From positions 94,010 through 158,009 of the forward strand of contig CAYUUR010000002.1 in the NCBI GenBank assembly GCA_964448075.1: a stretch of 64,000 nucleotides of DNA, read 5' to 3'. Both the position numbers and the translations under genes were made by a program. Source of the DNA: an uncultured Candidatus Saccharibacteria bacterium. GTDB lineage: Bacteria; Patescibacteriota; Saccharimonadia; Saccharimonadales; CAYUUR01. The notes under the pieces were generated by a model. That model saw only the letters and a program-made list of their open reading frames with translations, searched no databases and was not told the DNA's origin. Shown here in pieces: positions 57,201 through 64,000 of the stretch. How positions within the stretch are numbered: the stretch's first letter is position 1; the number at the start of each line of letters is the position of its first letter.

Positions 57201-57411
57201 AAGATGCTATTCTAGCATGTTGATCGTAGTTTGTCAATATTGATACCTCTGGTAATCTTTGTTATGGTTGTAGTGCAAAAACAAAAAACGTGTCTGACTC
57301 CGCTTGATCAGCAAGCTTGAACCTTACGGAAAACAAAAGCCGGTTATGGGTGTGTAAATGACGGCTCACGGGTGTAGCCTTTGAGATTAATTGTGCAAAA
57401 AGTTCACGTGA

Positions 57412-57441
57412 AACGCTTCTGCTTAACAGGGGTGTTTTTTT
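57412..57441 (+). terminator. terminator-like hairpin in the valS leader (candidate attenuator)
   Basis: aacgcttctg-cttaa-caggggtgtt forms 10 bp including 3 G-U pairs and runs into a T7 tract 29 nt before the valS ATG. No plus-strand gene ends nearby. Confidence 0.45.
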
Positions 57442-57469
57442 AGTTTCAAGTCTGTTACCATTAACAGAT

Positions 57470-60046
57470 ATGAATTTGAACAAAGTCTACACGCCGGGCG
57501 AGTACGAAGCCGACATCTACGCACTCTGGGAGAAAACCGAAAGTTTTGTACCAAAGAACAGGGGAAACGACGCAAATTACAGTATTGTTATGCCGCCACC
57601 CAATGCTAACGCCAATCTGCACATAGGTACCGCTATGACAATCGCGCTGGAAGATATCGCCGCTCGCTATCACCGCATGACAGGGAAGGCGACCCTGCTC
57701 CTGCCAGGAGCGGACCATGCCGGCTTCGAGACCCAGGTTGTCTACGAAAAACAGCTTGCCAAAGAAGGTAAAAGTCGTTTTGACTTCAGTAAAGAAGAAC
57801 TCTACAGCCAGATCTGGGACTTTGTTGCCCAAAACCGCAGCAACTTTGAGACACAATTCCGTAGTGTTGGTGCCAGTTGTGACTGGAGTCGCTACACCTA
57901 TACGCTTGACGACAAGATCGTTAAGAGGGCGTACAAAACATTCAAAAAACTCTGGGACGATGGACTCATCTACAGGGGCGAACGCCTGGTTAATTTTTGC
58001 ACATTCCACGGTACCGCATTTGCCGATATTGAGGTGGAATACCAGACAGAGATGGGGAAGATGTACTACATACACTTTCCACTGGTACCCGTCGCTGGCG
58101 TAACAGATGAGAAAGACCATGTTTTAATTGCAACCACACGCCCAGAAACATTGCTGGGCGATGTTGCAGTCGCGGTACACCCCGATGATAAAAGGTTCAA
58201 ACAATTAGTCGGCCGGACGATCAAAATCCCGCTCGCCGATAGGGAAGTGCCGATCATTGCGGATCAGATGGTCGACCCGAAGTTCGGTACGGGCGCAGTA
58301 AAGATCACCGCTGCGCACGACCCAAATGACTTTGATGTCGCTAAAAATCACAATCTGCCCCTTTTGAGCGTAATCACTGAGGAAGGGAAGATTGGTCACG
58401 ATGCACCTCGCGCATATCACGGACTCACGGTTGAAGATGGTCGCAAGAAAGTCGTTGAAGATGTTGAAAAACTTGGCTTACTCGAAAAAATCGAAGATCA
58501 CGAACACCGTGTTGGCCACTGTTATAAATGCAAAAACGTGCTTCAGCCGATGGTGCGCGACCAGTGGTTTGTTAATATGGAACCGTTGGCACAAAAGGCT
58601 ATTGCCGTCCTGGAAAAGAAAGAAATCACCTTCTATCCTGACACCAAGCGTACGCAGCTTATCACCTACCTCAAAAGCTTACGCGACTGGAATATAAGTC
58701 GCCAGATTGCGTGGGGGATCCCTATTCCGGCGTTTCAGAATGTTGATGAGCCAGACGACTGGATCTTTGATGAACGTGTCGACCAAGAAGTTATACAGGT
58801 AGCAGGCAAGACCTATCACCGCGACCCAGACGTCTTCGACACCTGGTTCAGTAGTTCGAGCTGGCCATATGCCACATTAGACTACCCGGACGGTGAAGAC
58901 TTCAAGAAGTTCTACCCTTTGAGCTTGATGGAAACTGGCGGAGAAATCCTCAACCCTTGGGTCTCACGCATGATCATGCTTGGTCTCTACATAACCGGTG
59001 AAGTTCCGTTTAAGGCAGTTTATATTCATGGTTATGTCATGGCGGAAGATGGCTCCAAGATGAGCAAATCCGTCGGTAATGTTATTGACCCTATGCCAGT
59101 TATTGAAGAGTTTGGTTCTGATGCGTTACGTATGGGAATTATTGCCGGCCGCGCACCGGCCGTTAATCGTGGATATGATCGAGCAAAGGTAGAAGGCGGT
59201 CGCAATTTTGCCAACAAACTATGGAACGTGGCGCGATTCATAGAAAGTGTATTGCCCGCAGACTTCAAGTACGATGGCCCCAAAGCAAAAACACCAGCTG
59301 ATCACTGGGTGTTGAGTAAGTTACAACAGTCTACAGAGGTAATTACTGCTCATCTTGAAAGTTACAGGTTTGCTGAGGCCTACGATGAAGCGTACCGTTT
59401 GCTCTGGGACGATATCGCCGATTGGTACATTGAAGCCTCCAAGGATACTCAAAATCATAGTATGTTAGCTTGCGCGTTGGACACTGTACTGAAACTCGTT
59501 CATCCTTTTGCGCCCTTCGTGACAGAGACAATTTGGCAAACTCTTACATGGACTGGCGATAGTATTCTGGCAGTTGCGCCATGGCCAAAACCAGGAAAAG
59601 CAAGTAAGAAGGATGTCACTGTCTTCGAGAACATCATGAGTATCGTAAGTGAGGCTCGTGCAATATGCACGGCACTCAAAGTTCACAAAGTAACTCTCTA
59701 TCACCTATCAGATCCATTTATCGCTACTCATGCCGCACTTATAAAGCGACTCGCAAAACTCGGTGCCGTTACGGAGGTAGAAGGTGGTCAAGGCGTACAC
59801 CTTACAACCACTAAGCACGCTTGCTGGCTCGACATTGACCGTGAATCGGCCGCTGCATACCGCGAGGAGCTCAAGACAAAAGCCGAGCTACAACAACAGC
59901 GAATCAAACAACTCCAGGGTAGACTGGCAAACAAATCATATGTCGACAATGCACCTGACGCACTGGTTGCAGAAACAAAGCAACAATTGCGTGACGCAGA
60001 AGCCCTCCTGCAACAGATCCAGCAAGAAACCGAACGATTCGCTTAA
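57470..60046 (+). CDS. valS: valine--tRNA ligase
   Basis: PPPNANANLHIGTA (HIGH), an editing-domain insert, KMSKSVGN, and a C-terminal coiled coil. Confidence 0.97.
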   Translation: MNLNKVYTPGEYEADIYALWEKTESFVPKNRGNDANYSIVMPPPNANANLHIGTAMTIALEDIAARYHRMTGKATLLLPGADHAGFETQVVYEKQLAKEGKSRFDFSKEELYSQIWDFVAQNRSNFETQFRSVGASCDWSRYTYTLDDKIVKRAYKTFKKLWDDGLIYRGERLVNFCTFHGTAFADIEVEYQTEMGKMYYIHFPLVPVAGVTDEKDHVLIATTRPETLLGDVAVAVHPDDKRFKQLVGRTIKIPLADREVPIIADQMVDPKFGTGAVKITAAHDPNDFDVAKNHNLPLLSVITEEGKIGHDAPRAYHGLTVEDGRKKVVEDVEKLGLLEKIEDHEHRVGHCYKCKNVLQPMVRDQWFVNMEPLAQKAIAVLEKKEITFYPDTKRTQLITYLKSLRDWNISRQIAWGIPIPAFQNVDEPDDWIFDERVDQEVIQVAGKTYHRDPDVFDTWFSSSSWPYATLDYPDGEDFKKFYPLSLMETGGEILNPWVSRMIMLGLYITGEVPFKAVYIHGYVMAEDGSKMSKSVGNVIDPMPVIEEFGSDALRMGIIAGRAPAVNRGYDRAKVEGGRNFANKLWNVARFIESVLPADFKYDGPKAKTPADHWVLSKLQQSTEVITAHLESYRFAEAYDEAYRLLWDDIADWYIEASKDTQNHSMLACALDTVLKLVHPFAPFVTETIWQTLTWTGDSILAVAPWPKPGKASKKDVTVFENIMSIVSEARAICTALKVHKVTLYHLSDPFIATHAALIKRLAKLGAVTEVEGGQGVHLTTTKHACWLDIDRESAAAYREELKTKAELQQQRIKQLQGRLANKSYVDNAPDALVAETKQQLRDAEALLQQIQQETERFA

Positions 60047-60053
60047 AGATCAT

Positions 60054-60917
60054 TCAGAAGGCGAGAGACAGTTTGATTCGGTCAACACTCTCATGCACAC
60101 GGAAGTCATCTAACCACAGTACATGCCAGCCACAGCGCTCTGCGGCCATGACATTAGTGCGACTGTCATCTACAAGTAAGATCGCACTAGGCGGGACGCC
60201 TGTGGCCTTAGTAGCACTATCAAAGATCTTGGGGTCGGGCTTGATTGCCCCAACTTCTGATGAATCAATAATTGCCGCGTAATCTACATCTGGCAAAAGC
60301 TTCTTTGTGCGCATAATCTCAATGAAGCCCGGCATAATGTTACTCAGAAGCCCAATCTGGTAGTGTTGTGACGCCCAGAGTACCAGCTGATGCATTTGCT
60401 TGATTGGTTCGATGGCTTCAAAGTAGTATTTAGACCAATCAAACGTCTCAGTACCGATGGCCGTTGCCATGGCACGATTGAAGCTTTCGAGCGTCATATC
60501 ACCCTTACATACCGAGTCGTTATAATGCCAGAAAGTCGTCTCAACAACATCAGCGGGTATATGGTAGTCCTTGGCAATATCACTGAAAGCTCGGTGAAAG
60601 AACCGCACCAGACAACCGTTAATGTCAAAATACACAAAGCGAATGCCGGATTTAGAAACCTTTTTGTGCTGTGCGGATGGGGAAGTGTCGTGCCCAATCA
60701 ATACATCCAGTGGCATACTAAGTGTTTCTGCGATGTTCTGTATGGTAAAGATTGAGGGTGATTTGATTGCACCCCGTTCTATCTTGGCAAGTGTAGAGTA
60801 GGCGAGCTTGGCCTTCTGGCAGAGTTGCTGTTGGGTTAGCCCAGCAGCCTGACGGGCACGCTGAATGCGCAAACCCAGACTTACAGACGCCTCGTCGGAC
60901 CCACCATGTACTTCCAT
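60054..60917 (-). CDS. XRE-family HTH domain fused to HAD-like domain
   Basis: N-terminal LRIQRARQAAGLTQQQLCQKAKLAYSTLAKIERG. C-terminal FVYFDINGCLV ... DSSEVGAIKPDPKIF ... LLVDDSRTNVMAAERCGW. Confidence 0.75.
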   Translation of the reverse strand: MEVHGGSDEASVSLGLRIQRARQAAGLTQQQLCQKAKLAYSTLAKIERGAIKSPSIFTIQNIAETLSMPLDVLIGHDTSPSAQHKKVSKSGIRFVYFDINGCLVRFFHRAFSDIAKDYHIPADVVETTFWHYNDSVCKGDMTLESFNRAMATAIGTETFDWSKYYFEAIEPIKQMHQLVLWASQHYQIGLLSNIMPGFIEIMRTKKLLPDVDYAAIIDSSEVGAIKPDPKIFDSATKATGVPPSAILLVDDSRTNVMAAERCGWHVLWLDDFRVHESVDRIKLSLAF

Positions 60918-60979
60918 ATGCCCATATACTACCAGTTTTCGTAAGCTGCTACTAGAGGTATGTAGTACTATCTGGCTAG

Positions 60980-61153
60980 TTATTTCGGTATCATTGCTAA
61001 CACAATAAGCATGACACCTGCCGCTGCAAGACCAGCGACTGCCGCAACAGTTCCGGCACTTCTATTATTACCGCCTGTTCGTCTGTACATTTTGCTGTAC
61101 ACCCAAGTTGCAGCACCTGCACCCATCATCAAAGCAATTAGTCCGTTTCCCAT
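60980..61153 (-). CDS. small (57-aa) membrane protein, hypothetical
   Basis: Translated by hand as MGNGLIALMMGAGAATWVYSKMYRRTGGNNRSAGTVAAVAGLAAAGVMLIVLAMIPK. Two hydrophobic segments. Below the track cutoff and has no clear SD. Confidence 0.4.
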   Translation of the reverse strand: MGNGLIALMMGAGAATWVYSKMYRRTGGNNRSAGTVAAVAGLAAAGVMLIVLAMIPK

Positions 61154-61162
61154 ACCGATATA

Positions 61163-61555
61163 TTACTCTAGTCGTAGTCGATTAGCCATATCAGCGAGCG
61201 CAGTGTGATCGGGTTCGGTCACCGTGTCTTGTTTAGCATGTAGTTCCGCTGGATTATCAAAGGGGATGAGCTGCACATGGGCATGCGGAACGTCTATGCC
61301 AACAACTTTGAGACCAACCCGCTTACCAAGGATACGGTCGAGTTGTAGCATGAGTCGTTTAGTTGTTTTCATGACCGCCTGGTAGGTCTCGTCATCAAGG
61401 TCGTATAACTTATCAATCTGCACCTTCGGTATCACCAGTGTATGCCCAGGCTGAACCGGGTGGATATCGAGGAAGGCGAGCGTCTTAGCGTCTTCATACA
61501 ACTTATGGCAGGGGATTTCGCCCTTAATTATTCTTGTAAATATACTGTCTTGCAT
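61163..61555 (-). CDS. HIT-family (histidine triad) protein
   Basis: IFTRIIKGEIPCHKLYED and VPHAHVQLIPF (HxHxQ-type triad). Confidence 0.9.
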   Translation of the reverse strand: MQDSIFTRIIKGEIPCHKLYEDAKTLAFLDIHPVQPGHTLVIPKVQIDKLYDLDDETYQAVMKTTKRLMLQLDRILGKRVGLKVVGIDVPHAHVQLIPFDNPAELHAKQDTVTEPDHTALADMANRLRLE

Positions 61556-61597
61556 GGATACATTGTAACGTCTTTCGCTTCATGACAGAATAAGCAT

Positions 61598-62638
61598 ATG
61601 CAGACTGCTCGCAGAATAAGCCTCGTCTTGGCCGCGCCACTGCTCTCAATCGCCATATTTCTAGGAGTAACGGCCTGGAGTGTACAAACATACTTTGCCG
61701 ATGGCAACATGCTCAAAGTCTGGTTGTCCGAGAGTGGTATCTACCCGGCGGCACGAACCATGATTGTTACGCAGACTACTGAAGACAATACCATTCAGAT
61801 GAGTACTGACGAGGTCACTTTCAGCGACAAACTCATCGAGCGCTCCTTGAACCGGGCTTTGACAGCCGAATACCTACAATCAGCCGCTGAGCAGTTTATC
61901 GATGGTACATATGCCTGGCTCCGAGGCGATGTAGAGGTGCCTTCGTACAATATAGATGTGACTAGTCTCAAGACTGCCTTTGCTAATGAGGTTGTGGCGA
62001 GCGCCCGTAAACGACTCGCATCACTGCCGCCGTGTGTCTTGCCGGGTCAAGCTACTACCACCGACCCGTTTAAGACCAATTGCAATCCGCCCAAAGAAGT
62101 GACTCAGAAAGAACTGGCGCGGCTCAAGAAGGAAATTACAGCCAGTAAGGACTTTTTGCCAGCGGATATAACCGCCACAACCACCAGCATATCCCAAGCC
62201 TCGCAACCTACTGAGTCAGCGCCGTGGTATCAGGGCGTAGCACACTTTCCGCGGCTATTCCAGCTCACTATGATTGCTCCATATGTGTTTTCTGTTCTGG
62301 CAGTTGTCATGGCTATTGTCATTGTGTTTGCCAGTCAGACTAAGCGCCGTGGCGCAAAGACAATTGCCATTACCACGCTTACCAGTAGCGCTGCTCTGGC
62401 CTTGAGTGCGGGGATATTGTTGTTCATCGTGGACAGATTCAGCATTCCCGTGTCGTCAAGTAACGCAGAGCTGCAGGAGCCGCTTATTGTCCTATTCAAA
62501 TCAATGTCTAATGCTGTCAGTCGCTGGCAGCTCATCACGAGCCTTGTGTTGGTCGTATTGAGTGGACTCGGTCTGTTGGCGCTTCGATTAACGCGTCCCG
62601 GTGTCGTGGCGCCTGTTGGTCAGAAGACTGTTAAATAA
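61598..62638 (+). CDS. polytopic membrane protein, hypothetical
   Basis: 346 aa with an N-terminal TM, a ~200-aa extracytoplasmic part and 3-4 C-terminal TM helices. Confidence 0.55.
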   Translation: MQTARRISLVLAAPLLSIAIFLGVTAWSVQTYFADGNMLKVWLSESGIYPAARTMIVTQTTEDNTIQMSTDEVTFSDKLIERSLNRALTAEYLQSAAEQFIDGTYAWLRGDVEVPSYNIDVTSLKTAFANEVVASARKRLASLPPCVLPGQATTTDPFKTNCNPPKEVTQKELARLKKEITASKDFLPADITATTTSISQASQPTESAPWYQGVAHFPRLFQLTMIAPYVFSVLAVVMAIVIVFASQTKRRGAKTIAITTLTSSAALALSAGILLFIVDRFSIPVSSSNAELQEPLIVLFKSMSNAVSRWQLITSLVLVVLSGLGLLALRLTRPGVVAPVGQKTVK

Positions 62639-62950
62639 ACAGTCGGCGAAAGGGAGGGGTAGCGCACATCGGCAGCCGTCCTCGGAGTAAACTCCTGTGG
62701 GCGGCTTTGATGACCGCACCATCGGTTCAGTATTTACTAAAGTAAATCCGTCCGAGGGTTCAAATCACTCAACAAGATGAAATGCATCAGCGAGCCGAGG
62801 CGTTTCGTCTTGGCGGAAGGGGAGGGATGCGCTTCGCTTGCACGGATTTCACTGCTCGGTACAAGATTCCTGCGCTGCTCAATCCTGTGCGAACCCCTTT
62901 TGCCTTGGGCAAAAGACAGGGTTCGAATCCTTCCCTGTTTCGATAGAAAC

Positions 62951-62980
62951 AAAAAGACCTTGCCAAAGCGAGGTCTTTTT
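62951..62980. terminator. bidirectional intrinsic terminator downstream of tRNA-Ser
   Basis: aaaaagaccttgc-caaa-gcgaggtcttttt: GC-rich 8-bp stem embedded in complementary A5/T5 runs. Confidence 0.65.
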
Positions 62981-62985
62981 CATCC

Positions 62986-63077
62986 TGGCGGAAGGGGAGG
63001 GATTCGAACCCTCGGTATCGGTTGCCCGACACAACTGTTTTCGAGACAGTCCAGTTCAACCACTCCTGCACCCTTCC
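62986..63077 (-). tRNA. tRNA-Ser (anticodon CGA), class II with long variable arm, CCA encoded
   Basis: Folded by hand: acceptor GGAAGGG/CCCTTCC, anticodon arm ACTGT-CTCGAAA-ACAGT, long variable arm, T arm GAGGG-TTCGAAT-CCCTC, discriminator G, CCA. Confidence 0.9.
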
Positions 63078-63164
63078 GTAAGGTAAATCATAGCACAAAT
63101 ACACTAGTATTTTACTCTGTAATATGATAGGATTACCCCTGTTGTATTCGTTTCCATTCTACGG

Positions 63165-63241
63165 AAGGAAAAAGAGCAGCCCGAGAGAAATGTATTTCAT
63201 TTCCCCGGCGCGATGAGAAAAAACCATCAGGGTTTTGTCTC
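63165..63241 (+). repeat. copy 3 of the ~75-nt structured interspersed repeat
   Basis: AAGGAAAAAGAGCAGCC...GAAATG-tattt-CATTTC...GAGAAAAAACC-atcag-GGTTTTGTCTC. Ends 8 nt before tRNA-Arg. Confidence 0.85.
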
Positions 63242-63249
63242 ATTACCTC

Positions 63250-63326
63250 GCACCCGTAGCTCAGCTGGATAGAGCGTTGGCTTGCGGAGCCAAAGGTCGT
63301 AGGTTCGAATCCTGCCGGGTGTACCA
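63250..63326 (+). tRNA. tRNA-Arg (anticodon read as GCG), CCA encoded
   Basis: Folded by hand: acceptor GCACCCG/CGGGTGT, D arm GCTC-AGCTGGATA-GAGC, anticodon arm TTGGC-TTGCGGA-GCCAA, T arm GTAGG-TTCGAAT-CCTGC, A73-CCA. Close to the E. coli tRNA-Arg backbone. Confidence 0.85.
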
Positions 63327-63334
63327 ATCAAAGG

Positions 63335-63357
63335 AGCCATGGAAACATGGCTTTTTT
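63335..63357. terminator. intrinsic terminator after tRNA-Arg
   Basis: agccatg-gaaa-catggct followed by TTTTT, with AAA before it. Confidence 0.7.
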
Positions 63358-63586
63358 GATTGGTTTATTTTGCTGATTTGGTTCTACGACTCGACAGCTT
63401 GCTGGCGAAAGTCGTAGGTTCGGTCATGAGTCTGCTGCCCGAGTGACTCGGCGCACAGATTCATGTGCGTTTTACCCTGCCGGTGGCAGTTCTCAAGGGA
63501 ACCTTCACCTGGCAACTCGTTGCCATGACGGAAGTTTCGGGGACGCGGAACGTGACCGAATCCTGCTGGGGGATGAGAAAACCTTT

Positions 63587-64000
63587 TCAATACCAGAAGT
63601 CTTTGCGGAAGCCAGAATAAAAGCGCAAAAACTGATGTTCTGTCTTTGGCCACACCGAGTAGCGTTTGCCAAAAGGCAGCTCCATGGCGGGCATAAGTGG
63701 GGCTGTGTCTTTAGCAAAGCCCGTTTTAAAGGTATATAGGCCCTTCATGGAACTGGTTTCACGTTCGGCTTCAGGTGGAATGCCTGATAGATCGTATTGT
63801 TTTACGCCTTGGGACTGCATGTCGCGCATTATTTCCCATTGCAGTAATCTCGGGCCCATGAGGTTAGACTTTTGGCGTACAGATCCACCGTCTTTGTACC
63901 ACGCACTCGTCCCGAGTTTGACCACAAAAGCGCCCGCTAACAGATCGGCGTCATGCCAAGCAAAATACAGCATTCCCTGATCTGCTTGCGCAAAAGCGTT
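63587..64000 (-). CDS. FemAB-family peptidoglycan interpeptide-bridge aminoacyltransferase (C-terminal part; 5' end outside window)
   Basis: The frame stays open to position 64000 (NAFAQADQGMLYFAWHD...). AWYKDGGS, GPRLLQWEIMRDMQSQGVKQYDLSGI and GLYTFKTGF match the FemAB C-terminal pattern. Confidence 0.75.
   Translation of the reverse strand, partial: NAFAQADQGMLYFAWHDADLLAGAFVVKLGTSAWYKDGGSVRQKSNLMGPRLLQWEIMRDMQSQGVKQYDLSGIPPEAERETSSMKGLYTFKTGFAKDTAPLMPAMELPFGKRYSVWPKTEHQFLRFYSGFRKDFWY

Noticed and set aside
57201-57469. T-box riboswitch upstream of valS.
   Set aside because: By eye I found neither the conserved 14-nt T-box sequence (AGGGUGGNACCGCG) with a UGGN bulge nor a stem I with AG bulge and distal loop motifs. 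It is kept only as a generic attenuator candidate.
57461-58120. 219-aa minus-strand ORF, and a 128-aa plus-strand alternative-frame ORF, inside the 5' part of valS.
   Set aside because: They are fully contained in valS, which has HIGH and KMSKS motifs in frame. Their translations show no motifs.
62641-62985. tmRNA (ssrA) or a complete class II tRNA in the block next to tRNA-Ser.
   Set aside because: No acceptor stem can be closed, since the 5' partner of the sequence following either T-loop-like motif is absent. No CCA follows a proper T arm. There is no plausible Ala-rich tag reading frame ending in a stop. The T-arm at 62917-62939 needs a 4-nt deletion to pair. A covariance-model scan is still required.
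62777-63739. ORFs of 60-116 aa across the tRNA/repeat region (e.g. 62777..63127, 62787..63104, 63133..63327, 63384..63653, 63443..63739).
   Set aside because: They run through two hand-folded tRNA genes, terminator hairpins and the structured repeat. They overlap each other on both strands and have Arg/Cys/Pro-rich composition atypical of the real proteins here.
1-64000. Prophage, genomic island, IS element, CRISPR-Cas or a known defence system (RM, CBASS, retron, TA pairs with classic folds).
   Set aside because: No integrase, transposase, terminase, capsid, cas, reverse transcriptase, restriction or DNA-methylase signature was recognised in any frame. The only mobile-looking signals are the small repeat family and the tRNA fragments reported above.

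Overview
Gene-dense 64-kb chromosomal segment with about 80 genes. Roughly three quarters are on the minus strand, and many starts and stops overlap by 1-4 nt, which implies long operons. Most of the content is housekeeping: pnp-rpsO, truB, rpsT, holA, mutM, folP, polA, rpoD-dnaG, orn, msrB, mscL, argS, groES-groEL with a CIRCE operator, a MurE-like ligase, tsaD, valS, a partial FemAB-type gene, tRNA-Ser(CGA) and tRNA-Arg. No integrase, transposase, cas gene, CRISPR array or rRNA is visible. The gene mix includes a WhiB-like regulator, a CarS-family/CDP-alcohol-transferase lipid operon, an archaeal-type PGI/PMI, degenerate enzyme domains and many small membrane-anchored hypotheticals. By inference only, this fits a streamlined Patescibacteria/Saccharibacteria (TM7)-like genome. 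The strongest unexplained signal is a ~75-nt structured repeat present three times (6146-6218, 34697-34771, 63165-63241). Aligned hairpin positions carry compensatory base-pair changes. Two copies sit inside gene termini (truB 5' end, yjbR-like 3' end), flanked by unusually long direct duplications of the target (29 and 44 bp). At truB a diverged ancestral start is displaced. Other notable signals: (1) a block rich in tRNA fragments next to tRNA-Ser and tRNA-Arg; (2) a minus-strand gene array around the Mur ligase with an EndoU-like nuclease, a putative ADP-ribosyltransferase-like protein and an HExxH lipoprotein; (3) a whiB-polA-ImmA/IrrE-deaminase operon; (4) a DnaG primase whose four zinc ligands are all replaced; (5) several pseudo-enzyme or fusion regulators. 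All protein calls come from motif recognition by eye on the supplied translations. No database search was run.
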